From an uncultured Alphaproteobacteria bacterium (lineage in GTDB: Bacteria; Pseudomonadota; Alphaproteobacteria; Rhizobiales; Xanthobacteraceae), in the NCBI GenBank assembly GCA_963724335.1, contig CAVRUP010000024.1, forward strand, positions 19,265-83,264: a stretch of 64,000 bases of DNA, given 5' to 3'. How positions within the stretch are numbered: position 1 is the stretch's first letter; each line of letters begins with the position of its first letter. Below the pieces are notes generated by a model. That model ran no database searches. It was not told the DNA's origin and saw only the letters and a list, made by a program, of their open reading frames with translations. Shown one piece after another: positions 22,130 to 31,987 of the stretch. The position numbers and the translations under genes were made by a program.

Positions 22130-22415
22130 GTCATTCCGGGGCACGCGCGTAGCGCGTGAACCCGGAATCCAGAGGCACCCTCCGAGCTTGCAACTGGATT
22201 CCGGGTCCGCCGCTTCGCGCCGTCCCGGAATGACAGAATGCATCGCGGCACCCATCCTTCCCTCTCCCCTTGCGGGAGAGGGTGGCGCGCGTAGCGCGCC
22301 AGGTGAGGGGGCGGCGTGTCCAACGAATCCATCCGTCATGGCCGGGCCTGTCTCGGCCATCCACGCCTTACCTTTTGGCCAAGACGTGGATGCCAGGCAC
22401 AGGGCCGGGCATGAC
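22130..22415. repeat. Mosaic of three different REP-like palindromes
   Basis: 22130-22234 (GTCATTCCGGG type), 22256-22311 (CCCTCTCCCC type), 22335-22415 (GTCATGGCCGGG type). Confidence 0.8.
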
Positions 22416-22501
22416 GGAGAAAGCGCAGCGGCACTCCGGTCATCGTGCGACAGCGGGGTACACACTTCTTCCTGACGGAGCGCACGACCCTTGGGACGGC
22501 G

Positions 22502-22706
22502 CTATTTGCCCGAGCCCGGCTTCTTAAACTTTAAAACTATGCTTGCCTCACCCTTGGCAGTCGCAATTCCGATGCTGCCTTCACCAGAAACCCCAATGCT
22601 GACTTCGATCTCATCGAGCGACATTTTTCCGAACGACTGTGCGGTCAAATCTTTGATCAGGATGCCGACCTGTTCATTCACCTTTTTCCATCGATCCAAG
22701 AACTTA
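22502..22706 (-). pseudogene. C-terminal remnant of a small Pepco/Trypco-like protein cut by IS630
   Basis: MSLDEIEVSIGVSGEGSIGIATAKGEASIVLKFKK; the upstream part of the tracked ORF is IS630 sequence. Confidence 0.5.
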
Positions 22707-23230
22707 GAGCGGTTTCCGTTTAAGTGGACCATATCCGGAATTCGCGAAGTATGCAGCGCATTCAGCTCGAGAGATTTGATTGAGACATGAGGCGACGGCC
22801 TTGCAGAGGCTTCTGACGGTGAACGTGGCATTCTTCAGAGTATATGCGGCGACTTTGCGCAGGAGCGCCTTGAGTTTGGCGAATAGTTGCTCGATGGGAT
22901 TGAGGTCGGGACTGTATGCCGGGAGGTAAAAAGGAATTGCACCGCGCGCTTCGATAGCTTCTTCGACCCCATCTACCTTGTGGACGCTGACGTTATCCAT
23001 GAACACGACGTCATCTCTCTTCAGTGTCGGAGCGAGGAACCGTTCGACATAGGCCTTGAACATCTCACCATTCATCGGGCCTTCGAGCACGAAAGGCGCA
23101 GTAACACGGTCATGACGCAACGCCGCGAGGAAAGTGATGGTTTTCCAGTTCCCATACGGCACTTTTTGGATGAGCCGCTCGCCCTGCGGTGCTCGCCCGT
23201 AAAGGCGGGTGATCGTCGTTGAGACGCTGG

Positions 23231-25111
23231 GGTGAGTAGGCCGGAGGAGTTTCACCCCCGGCCTCTCGCAGAACGGTGCGTGAACCTCTCGATTCACACC
23301 GCTCCCATCAGGTGAACGTGGTCGTTCCGAACGACTGCCAGTGTACGAAGAGTTCCGCATTGTCCCCCGCCAGCTTTCGCAAGAACAGCGAAGCACGGGT
23401 TGTGTGGAACCGGAAGCGCTTGTACTTTCGCATGATCCAGGCTTTCAGCTTCTGATTGACGTAATCGACCAGAGAGAACAGCGCCGAACGGCTGAACCGG
23501 CCGTAGTAACCGATCCACCCCCTGAGGAGCGGATTGATCTGCCGGGCGATCTCAGCCAGCGTCCCCGACGTTTGCCGGGGAATGTGCAAGCTCCGGATCG
23601 TTGCTCGCATGGACTTCAGAGCTGTTGGACTGACCGCCGGAGTGTATCCGCAGAAGAACTCCGTCCTCTGTGACGTCGCCACCCGCCGCGGCCTGAACTG
23701 ATATCCGAGGAAGTCAAATTTCACGTTCGGATACGTTCGTCGCCGCCTGTTGTCCTTGCAATAGACGATCCGCGTCTTTGTCGGATGCATCTGAAGACCG
23801 CACACCTCCAACCTCGCTTGAAGCTCCGCCTTTATGGCCTCTGCTTCTTGCTCGGTCCGGCAGTGCACCAGTCCGTCGTCAGCATATCGACACCAAGTGA
23901 GGTCGGGATGTGTCCGCGCCATCCAGAGATCAAACGTATAATGCAGGAACAGATTGGCCAGTATTGGGCTGATCACGCCCCCTTGCGGGGTTCCACGCGT
24001 CCGCTCAATGAGCTCCCCGTCCTTTTTCATTGACGCCGTCAGCCATCTTTCGATGTAGAGCAGCGCCCATTTGCATTGCACGTGTCGCCGGACCGCCTTC
24101 AGCAGAAGATCATGCGGAAGATTGTCAAACAGCCCTTTGATGTCGAACTCCAGGATCCAATCATTTTTCCAGCACCGTTGACGTGTGACCCCTACGGCGT
24201 CCAGAGCCGATTTTCCCGGCCTGTAACCGTAGGAGTCCGGCAGGAAGATCAGTTCCAGTTCCGGCTCAATCATCTGCTTGACCACCATCTGCGCGATTCG
24301 ATCGCTAACAGTGGGCACACCTAAAATCCTTTCGCCGCCCGTCTTCTTTGGAATGGAGACGGCGCGCACCGGAGGTGGAAAGTAGGTACCTGAGGACATG
24401 CGATTCCAGATTTTGTAGAGATTCCCCGCAAGATCTGTCTCGAACATCTCCAAGGTCTGCTCGTCCACTCCAGCTGCACCGCGATTGGATTTGACCGCCT
24501 TGTAGGCTTCGTACACTCGCCGCTTCTCGATCAAGAACGGCCTGTTTATCGTACCGATCGAAGTCATCCTGTTTCCAGTTGGTTCAAGAGTACGACTACC
24601 TGACCCGACCCCTTTGCTCCGACCCCATTACAGGGCCCTCAACGCTCGTACGGATCGGTCCGCCCCAGTCTCTTGCTTCGGTACTCTCGCCTCACGGTTG
24701 GCGCCGCTTGGGCTTCTCCCTTGCCATCAAGAGCCTGGTTCCTGCAGTTCCACGTCAAAGCCTGTGTCCGACTCACGCCCCCTCTACGCCGGTCGCCGCC
24801 CGCCCCGTCATCAGGCATCTGACGGACTTGTCCCAGGATGACGAAACGGTCCTGGTTTTGACGACACTTAGATTTATAACGACGCGTCCTCGGAGGGTTC
24901 ACTTTCGTTCGTCTTTCGGACACTCACCTGCTCGGTTTGATCCGAACTTTTGATCCGACGCTCACTACCACGGCTCTTTACCGCAGCAGCTCGGACTGGT
25001 TTGAGATCCGCTCCTGAAAGCCGATCTCGGGGGGCCCGCCCCCATCTTTCACGCAGCTTCACGAAGCGGTTTTAGTTCATGTCGAACTCCTTCCGCTGCT
25101 CTGCAGCACAC
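23231..25111 (-). mobile_element. Complete group II intron (1881 nt), RmInt1-like
   Basis: 5' end GTGTGCTGCAGAG; domain V GAGCGGTGTGAATCGAGAGGTTCACGCACCGTTC; 3' end CCTACTCACC; removal restores IS630 ...FIDE-TSVS...; EBS1 UUUCGUC pairs with IBS1 GATGAAA. Confidence 0.95.
23308..24567 (-). CDS. ltrA: Group II intron reverse transcriptase/maturase (419 aa, no endonuclease domain)
   Basis: GAAGVD, IPKK.GGER.LGVPTVSDRIAQ, GTPQGGVISPILAN, RYADD, FDFLGY, NPLLRGWIGYY. Confidence 0.95.
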   Translation of the reverse strand: MTSIGTINRPFLIEKRRVYEAYKAVKSNRGAAGVDEQTLEMFETDLAGNLYKIWNRMSSGTYFPPPVRAVSIPKKTGGERILGVPTVSDRIAQMVVKQMIEPELELIFLPDSYGYRPGKSALDAVGVTRQRCWKNDWILEFDIKGLFDNLPHDLLLKAVRRHVQCKWALLYIERWLTASMKKDGELIERTRGTPQGGVISPILANLFLHYTFDLWMARTHPDLTWCRYADDGLVHCRTEQEAEAIKAELQARLEVCGLQMHPTKTRIVYCKDNRRRRTYPNVKFDFLGYQFRPRRVATSQRTEFFCGYTPAVSPTALKSMRATIRSLHIPRQTSGTLAEIARQINPLLRGWIGYYGRFSRSALFSLVDYVNQKLKAWIMRKYKRFRFHTTRASLFLRKLAGDNAELFVHWQSFGTTTFT

Positions 25112-25230
25112 TTTCATCGATGAAGACCAGTCGCTTCAGATCAAGCCTTGGCTGCTGTTTTTGCAATGCCTTACGTGCGGCGACGACGTCCGTCCGGTCC
25201 TGCTCGGCGGCCCGCAGACTTTTTTTTAAA

Positions 25231-25439
25231 CTTAAGTTTGCACGGCAGATCGCCTAATTTAGGAGTTCGCATGAGTCACTTAGGCGCAAAATCGCTTTCG
25301 ATCTGTGTCCAGGTGCTCCGGTGCTAACACATTGAGAGCGCGGTCACTCTTCGAACGCGTGTCCAGCCGCAAGAAAGGCCTTTCGGCAAAATGTGGAGTC
25401 GGACCAAGCGTTTGCAGTGAGACCACCCGCGAACTTCAG
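25231..25439. mobile_element. 209-bp MITE-like insertion with 6-bp TSD TTTAAA
   Basis: Imperfect TIRs CTTAAGTTTGC / CTGAAGTTCGC; TTTAAA at 25225-25230 and 25440-25445; removal restores the IS630 junction. Confidence 0.8.
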
Positions 25440-25730
25440 TTTAAAGCGTAAATTCAAATGATGCAGAAATCGGGAGATCGACGACTGACCGACCGTCACC
25501 TTCTTCTTCGCTAGAAGGGTCTTGAGCTCTGCCAGTGTGATATCCGGTTGCTCCGCCACCAATTGCCTGACCAGTTCTTCGTACGCGGCCAGCGCATATC
25601 CCTTGTAACCGCCGAATTTGGCCGGACTAACGCTGCCCGTTTCGCGGTGCAGCCTACGGAAGTGCACAACAGAGCTAATACTTACTCCAAATTGCTCCGC
25701 AGTTTCCGGGATGGTAGCGCCATCCTGTCC

Positions 25731-27520
25731 CACCCTGCACTACGCGATCGCGGATGCAAGGAATTTGCAGCGTTCTGACCTTTCCCTGTTCCTTGGGGAT
25801 GTCCACCCGGCGGTTAGGATGGGGTTTGTACCTGCCTGTTTCGAGGTCGTCCTTTATATCCGCAAGGAAGCATTCCAGTCCGGCGGTTTCGATGGCCTCA
25901 AATGTCTGACCGTCGATCCCAGCCGCACCGCCATTCCTCTTGGCTATACGGTAAGCCTCCTCGAGGGTCTCCGTCCTTGTCACATAGACGAAGATGCCCC
26001 AGAAGCGATGTGCCTTTTCCGACTTCGCTTTCCGATATATCCGCCGTCGCAGCTCCTGCAACGCGATGGGTGCCTTTATCATCTCACCCTTGCCTCGCTT
26101 GGACGCGCGGAGTTCCTCATCGGTCCGGGCCCTTCCCTCCGGGCGCGTTTTGCTGCACGCCCATCAACAGTACCGTCTGACCCGATCCGACTCCCTGACG
26201 CCTACGCTTCCATTTCCCACTCACGGTTATAGAAAGCGCCTCTTCGGCGGGATTTCGCCTGCCGGGCGTCGAGGGTCTCTCCAGTTGACACGCTGTCGTT
26301 CGCATCATGTCACCGCTGATACCCCGCCGGTGAGGACCGCCGCTTCGGACTCCTTTCGTCGGCCCTTGCTGCCTTCGCGCGTTATCGACCGTCTCGGCCA
26401 CCTGATAGAGTTCACTGTACGTTGCAACCTGATGCTTCGCGCACACTCCTCTCGAGCATGTTGTCGGAGGGCTCCGCCGTCTTGCTTTCGCGCCACGGCG
26501 CCTCCCTTGCTTCGAAGCCTGAGTGTCCGTCTCGAAAGTTGTTGAATCAAATGAATCACTTGTGTTTCACACATCGGCTGCCTGTGAGGAGGGTTGCCGA
26601 TGTGGACGAGCAAGAACCGGGCGCGCTACAAGCGCGATCATTTGCGATATCCGAGCGATGTGACGGACGAAGAATGGGCGCATGTCGGGCCGCTCATTCC
26701 TCCGGCGAAGCGCGGGGGCCGCAAGCGCGAAGTGGACGCGCGGGATGTCGTCGACGGCATCATGTACGTGCTGAGCACGGGATGCCAATGGCGCTACATC
26801 CCCAAAGACTTGCCGCCGCGCAGCACCGTGTATCGGTACTTCTGTCTGTGGGGGTACGACGGCACGCTGGATCGCATCCACTACGCGCTTTACGAGAAGT
26901 GTCGCGAGCAGGCGGGACGCGAAGCCAGTCCCACCGCCGCCATCATCGACAGCCAGAGTGTGAAAAGCGCCGAAAAAGGCGGCCCCTGCATCGATCCGCC
27001 CGGGTTCGACGCGGGCAAGCTCATCAAGGGCAAGAAGCGGCATATCCTGGTAGATACACAGGGTCTGTTGCTGCACGCGATTGTTCATCCGGCCGATATT
27101 CAGGATCGCGACGGCGGCATCGTGCTGCTGTCCACGCTTTTCGGCCTTTTTCCTTTCCTGAAAAGGCTCTTTGCCGACAGCGCCTATGCGGGGCCTGTCT
27201 TTCATGCGGCGCTGGCCAAGATTTCGAACGCAACTCGAAACCGAAATCGTCAAGCGTTCCGATTGCGCCAAAGGCTTCGTCGTTCTGCCGCGCCGATGGA
27301 TCGTCGAACGTACAATCGCTTGGCTCAACCGTTGCCGCCGACTGGCCAAGGATTGGGAAAATCTCAACCTCAGCGGCCTGATCTTCCTGCGCCTCGCATC
27401 CATTCGCCTCATGCTCCGAAAACTCTGTAATCCTTGATGAACTTATGGGACGGACTCTGAGTTTTTTGGCTTCGGTCGGACTTTCACCGACATGACAGCG
27501 TGCCCTTTGACTGGACACGC
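25731..27520 (-). mobile_element. Second group II intron, 5' part only, split by an IS5; RT fragment 25731..26082
   Basis: IEP MIKAPIALQELRRRIYRKAK...GAAGIDG...RTLQIPCIRDRVVQG truncated; structured leader begins GCGTGTCCAGTCAAAGGGCACGC at 27520. Confidence 0.8.
26523..27457 (+). mobile_element. IS5 family (IS1031 group) element, 935 bp, TSD TGA; transposase about 26600..27437 with one frameshift
   Basis: IRs GTGTCCGTCTCGAAAG / GAGTCCGTCCCATAAG; TGA at 26520-26522 and 27458-27460; TGCQWR, IIDSQSVK, RWIVERT. Confidence 0.92.
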
Positions 27521-28292
27521 CGATGACCCAGCGTTTGGGTTCAGGCTCGAAGGTACCGACCCGCTCGGAACGGGTGACGATTTCGATGGTCCATTTGCCG
27601 AATGCGGCGATCGCGTTGCGCAGCTTGTCGCCGCGGTAGACGCGATCGGCGAAGATGTGCCGCAGTTTCGGGAACGTTCGCCGCAGCGAGGCGAGCAGCG
27701 GCACCGCGCCGTGATTGTCCTGGATGTTGGCCGCGTGCACCAAGAGAGCGAGCAGGAAGCCTTGTGTATCGGTGATCATGTGGCGCTTGCGCCCCTTGAC
27801 CCGCTTGGCGGCATCAAACCCGCGCGGGCCACCACTTTCCGTGGTTTTGGCGCTCTGGCTGTCGATGACGCCGGCCGAGGGAATGGCGTTGCGGCCTGCC
27901 GCCTGCCGGGCACGCCGCACCAGGGCGAAATTGATCCGATGCCAGATGCGCCGGTCGCGCCAGTCGTAGAAGTAATACTGAACGGTCGAGCGCGGCGGAA
28001 AGTCCTTCGGCAGCGTCCGCCATTGGCAGCCGGTCGCCAGGATGTAGAGGATCGCGTTCATCACCTCGCGCAGATTGACTTCGCGCGGACGCCCGACCCG
28101 GCAAGGTGTCGGCAGAAAAAAGCTGATCAGAAGCCATTCCGCATCGGTCGTATCGCTTGCATAACGCAGGTAATCGCGCCGATATTGCGCACGGGTGGTT
28201 TCAGTCCAAGTCATTGTGACCTCCATCGTTTCTCGCAAATCCGACGGAATCACAAAGGGCTGAAATCACTCAACTCTTTTTCGGCCAGGCTC
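27521..28292 (-). mobile_element. Second IS5 family (IS1031 group) element, 3'-truncated at the intron insertion site
   Basis: MTWTETTRAQYRR...TGCQWR...IDSQSAK...PKRWVI stops at the intron boundary; IR GAGCCTGGCCGAAAAAG followed by TGA at 28293-28295. Confidence 0.9.
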
Positions 28293-28382
28293 TGAGGAGC
28301 GGTCCGCAGGACCGCGTCTCGAAGGATGGGGCGGCCTCATGCGGCGAGACGCCGCGCTACGCGCGGCTCCTCAGCATGAGGC
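28293..28382. repeat. REP-like palindrome (CTGAGGAGC...GCTCCTCAGCATGAGG) whose left end was cut by IS5
   Basis: tgaggagc...gtctcgaaggatg...cgagacgc...gctcctcagcatgagg. Confidence 0.7.
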
Positions 28383-28402
28383 CGAAGGGGTCGCGGCGTG
28401 CC

Positions 28403-29474
28403 TCAGCCCCTCGCCCTCAGCACCGCCTCGATCGACACCCGCGACCAGGGCGCGGTGCGGGCGCGGAAGGCCACGTAAGAATCGTGCACCTGGCCGGTGA
28501 TGGCGTCGCGGTGGCTCAACTCGCCGAGCACGTCGCTCGCCTGCTGGCGCGCCGCGGCGACCAGATCGCCGGGAAACGCCGCGAGCTTGACGCCGTGATC
28601 CTTCACCAGCGCTTCCAGCGCCTCGGCGTTGAGCCGCTCCATCTCGGCCAGCGCGTAGTTCGCCTCCGTCGCGCAGGCATGCGCGACGATCGCCTTGAGC
28701 TCGTCGGAGAGCGCGTTCCAAACTTTCAGCGCGACGATGCACTCGCCGGTGCCGTTCGGCTTGTTGAAGCCGGGATAGTAGTAGAACGGCGCCACGCGAT
28801 AGAGCCCGAGCGCGATGTCGGTGCCGGGCCCGACGAATTCGGCGCCGTCGAGCACGCCCGATTGCAGCGCGCTGAGGATTTCCGCCGGCGGCGTGGTCTG
28901 CGGCGTGGCGCCTAGCCGCCGGTAGACCTCGCCGCCGAGGCCGAGCGCGCGCAGCTTGAGGCCGCGCAGGTCGGCGATGCTTTTGAGCTCGCGGCGGAAC
29001 CAGCCGCCCATGCAGACGCCGGTGTTGCCGCCCATGAACGGCTTGACGCCGAACGGCGCATAGAGCGCGTCCCACAGCGCCTGCCCGCCGCCGGCCTCGA
29101 TCCAGGCGACGTGCTCGGAGGGCGTGAGCCCGAACGGCACGGTGGTGAAGAAGGCGGCCGCCGGCATCTTGCCCTGCCAGTAGAAGGCCGCCGAGTGGCC
29201 GATATCGGCGACGCCGTTGCCGACCGCGCCCAGCACCTCGAAGGCCGGCACCACTTCGCCGGCGGCATAGACCGTGATGTCGATGCGCCCGCCCGACAGC
29301 GCGCGGATGCGGCTCGCGATGCGCTCGGCCGACATGCCGGGGCCGGGTAAACGTTTCGGCCAGGAGGTGACCATGCGCCACTTCAACGTTTGCGTCGCGC
29401 GCGATCGCCGGCGCGGCGATGAGGCCGGCGGCGCTCAGGCCGGCGAGACGGGTGAATTGGCGGCGCGTGCTCAT
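28403..29474 (-). CDS. TRAP transporter substrate-binding protein (DctP/TakP-like) with Tat-type signal; frameshift near 29390
   Basis: MSTRRQF signal; KWRMVTSWPK, AGEVVPAFEV, YWQGK, VPFGL, GGWFRRE, GLKLRALG; start overlaps the thiD stop (ATGA). Confidence 0.9.
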
Positions 29475-30277
29475 GGCGTGCTCCATTGCCGGTAGAAGTG
29501 ATGCAAAGGCCCGTGGCCGTGGCCGATTTTGAGTTCGTCGGCGTGCGCGATCGCGGCGGTGACGTAAGTTTTGGCCGCCTGTACGGCGGCAACGAGGGTA
29601 AGTCCCTTGGCGAGCCCGGCCGCGATCGCCGACGACAACGTGCAACCGGTGCCGTGCTTATTTTTCGTGACGATCCGTTTCGCCGACAGGCGCACGACCT
29701 CGCCCTGCCCGATCAGGAGGTCGACGCTTTCATCGCCCGCGCCGTGTCCGCCTTTGATCAGCACATAGCGCGCGCCGAGCGACAAGATTTCGCGCGCCTG
29801 CACTTCCATTTCGCGTTCGTTGCGGGCGGGAGAAGCGCCGGTCAGCGCCGCCGCCTCCGGCAGATTGGGCGTCACGATCAGCGCCCGCGGAATGAGCATG
29901 CTGCGCAGCACCGCGATCACGTCGCCGCTCATCAGGCTGTCGCCGGAACTCGCGAACGTCACCGGATCGAGTACGATGTTGCGCGCGCGGTGACGCGCAA
30001 GCCCCTCCGCCGCCGCCTCGACCGTCGCCGGTCGGAACAGCATGCCGATCTTCACCGCGTCGACCGCGAGGTCGGAAAAGACCGCATCGATCTGGGCTCC
30101 GATAAAGCCGGCCGGCACGTCGTAGATCGCACTCACGCCCTGTGTATTCTGTGCCGTCAGTGCGGTGAGTACGCTCGCGCCATACACCCCGAGCGCGGCA
30201 AAGGTTTTCAGGTCCGCCTGGATGCCGGCGCCGCCGCTCGAATCCGAGCCGGCAATGGTGAGCGCGATGGCGGTCAT
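29471..30277 (-). CDS. thiD: Hydroxymethylpyrimidine/phosphomethylpyrimidine kinase
   Basis: [43 protein letters not shown]. Confidence 0.97.
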   Translation of the reverse strand: MTAIALTIAGSDSSGGAGIQADLKTFAALGVYGASVLTALTAQNTQGVSAIYDVPAGFIGAQIDAVFSDLAVDAVKIGMLFRPATVEAAAEGLARHRARNIVLDPVTFASSGDSLMSGDVIAVLRSMLIPRALIVTPNLPEAAALTGASPARNEREMEVQAREILSLGARYVLIKGGHGAGDESVDLLIGQGEVVRLSAKRIVTKNKHGTGCTLSSAIAAGLAKGLTLVAAVQAAKTYVTAAIAHADELKIGHGHGPLHHFYRQWSTP

Positions 30278-30933
30278 GCGGGGGCCCGCTGCGCCAGTGC
30301 GGCGTCCACCACCGCGCGCAGATCTTGCGCGGCCTTCCCCGGATCGGGCGCCAGCGAAAGCGCGGAGATCACCGCCACGCCGTCGGCGCCGGCTGCGATT
30401 ACCTCGGCGGCGTTGCCCGCATTGATGCCGGAAATGCCGCAGATCGGAAATTTCGGCGCGCGGGCGCGGATTGCGCGTACGATTTGCCCCATACCGGAAA
30501 CGCCAATCGGCGCATTCGCGTCATCTTTCGAGCCGGTAGCGAACACCGCGCCAATGCCGACATAGTCGAGCAGTTCGAGCGGCGCGGTCTGCGCCTGCTG
30601 GAGCGTGCTCACGCTCAGCCCGATGATCGCCGTGCGCCCGAGCAGCAGCCGCGCATCGGCGACCGACATGTCGTCCTGACCGACATGCACGCCGTCGGCT
30701 TCGGCGGCGAGCGCGACATCCACGCGGTCGTTGATCAACAGCGGAACGCCCGCCGGCTCCAGCACGCCGCGCAGCGTGCGCGCTTCCTCGACCATGGCGC
30801 GGGTGGAACCGTGCTTGTCGCGCAATTGCACTAGCGTGGTGCTGCCGGCGATCAGCCCGGCGAGCTCGGCAAGCCTGCGGCCGCCGGCGACAGCGGGGTC
30901 GACAAGCGCATAGAGCCGGAGATCGACGTTCAT
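30274..30933 (-). CDS. thiE: Thiamine phosphate synthase
   Basis: [35 protein letters not shown]. Confidence 0.95.
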   Translation of the reverse strand: MNVDLRLYALVDPAVAGGRRLAELAGLIAGSTTLVQLRDKHGSTRAMVEEARTLRGVLEPAGVPLLINDRVDVALAAEADGVHVGQDDMSVADARLLLGRTAIIGLSVSTLQQAQTAPLELLDYVGIGAVFATGSKDDANAPIGVSGMGQIVRAIRARAPKFPICGISGINAGNAAEVIAAGADGVAVISALSLAPDPGKAAQDLRAVVDAALAQRAPA

Positions 30934-31716
30934 CAGTTCACCTTTGCGCGGGCGATGAGCGTCGGCCCATCGAGATTGTAGAGCGTATCGATAATGGCGA
31001 CTGCGAAGCTGCCCGGACCTGCGGCCTTCTCGGCCGCCAACTCGCCGGCAACGCCGATGATCACCAGCGCGGCCGCGGTGGCGCGCCAAGCGTCCGGTTC
31101 GACCGCAAGACAGGCTGCGACCAGCGCCGAGGCGGCGCAGCCCATGGCGGTGACCTTGGCCATCAGCGCATGGCCGTTGGCGATGGCTGCGAAGCGCTCG
31201 CCGTCGCTGACCCAATCGGTTGCGCCCGACAGCCCGAGCACGGTTTTCTTGTCGCGCGCGTAGGCCGCGACCGCTTCGCGACTTCGGCGCGCTGCCCGAC
31301 AGCGTGGAAAATTCCGCAGCATTGAGCCGCACCGCTTTCGGTATGCTCGCGATCAGCGCGCGGGCGAAGGCTGCGCGCGGGGAGCTGCGATCGATGAATA
31401 CCGGATCGAGCACCCAGGGCACGTTTCCCCGCGTCGTGGCTTCTACCGCCATCGCGGTGGCCTCGCGGCGCTCGCGATCCAAAGTCCCGAGATTGACCAG
31501 CAGCGCTTTCGCGCCGGCAACGAACGAACCGATCTCTTCCGCCGACAGCGTCATCGACGGTACGGCGCCTGCCGCCAGTAGCACATTGGCGGTGAAATTC
31601 TGCGCCACTGCGTTGGTGATGCAGTGGACGCGTGGCGAGCGCGCGCGTAGGCGGTCAAGCAGGGCCGCCGCGATTTGCGGCACGTTATCGCGCGTTGCTG
31701 CTCCGGAATGGTGCAT
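30933..31716 (-). CDS. thiM: Hydroxyethylthiazole kinase; frameshift near 31280
   Basis: PRVHCITNAVAQNFTANVLLA, VNLGTLD, WVLDP, VTAMGCA, GPGSF. Confidence 0.93.
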
Positions 31717-31812
31717 CTCATCTCCCTCCGCCGGCATGACCCGGATCAGGTTCGTTGGGTTGGCCTCGGATCGGCCTCTCAGTCCGGCACCGCCGGACAC
31801 CCCGCGAGATTG
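31717..31812 (-). ncRNA. TPP riboswitch
   Basis: GGGGTG...CTGAGA...ACCC..GAACCTGATCCGGGTCATGCCGGCGGAGGGAG directly upstream of thiM; the 3' strand overlaps the RBS. Confidence 0.95.
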
Positions 31813-31889
31813 CTAATAACTAACTAGTCCGCGCGGCCGGCCAAGGCAAGGCCGCCTTGCCAGGGGTTCGCGTTTTTGCTGGATTGCAG

Positions 31890-31961
31890 GCGCATGATCC
31901 CGAAAAGCATGTCTTCGACTCGATCGGGGACGGGCACCGGTTTTTGGGTAAGATCATGCGC
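31890..31961. repeat. Palindromic repeat GCGCATGATC...GATCATGCGC
   Basis: Terminal inverted repeat with internal gaaaa / ttttt arms. Confidence 0.65.
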
Positions 31962-31987
31962 CCACGTAAGGGCTTCGGAGGCGCCAG

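Larger units (their letters stand above)
22707..25730 (-). mobile_element. IS630 family element, 5'-truncated, interrupted by a group II intron and a MITE
   Basis: OrfA VAEQPDITLAEL...LRFK (25446-25730); KKSLRAAEQDR...LVFIDE (25112-25230); TSVSTTITRLYGRA...MDNVSVHK...PAYSPDLNPIE (22704-23230); TA at 22705-22706. Confidence 0.9.

Noticed and set aside
14898-22415. Recurrent palindromes as a CRISPR array
   Set aside because: They are dispersed, variable in length and lack regular repeat-spacer periodicity
23308-26082. RTs as retron, DGR or CRISPR-associated reverse transcriptases
   Set aside because: Both have group II intron IEP motifs and flanking intron RNA; no TR/VR pair, msr-msd or cas genes are present
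27024-28253. 409-aa extended IS5 transposase
   Set aside because: After RWVI it reads through intron sequence and the antisense strand of the other IS5
30274-31800. 508-aa ThiM-ThiE fusion suggested by the ORF track
   Set aside because: Artefact of a frameshift in thiM; the thiM C-terminus and its own stop lie in another frame (30933..31322)
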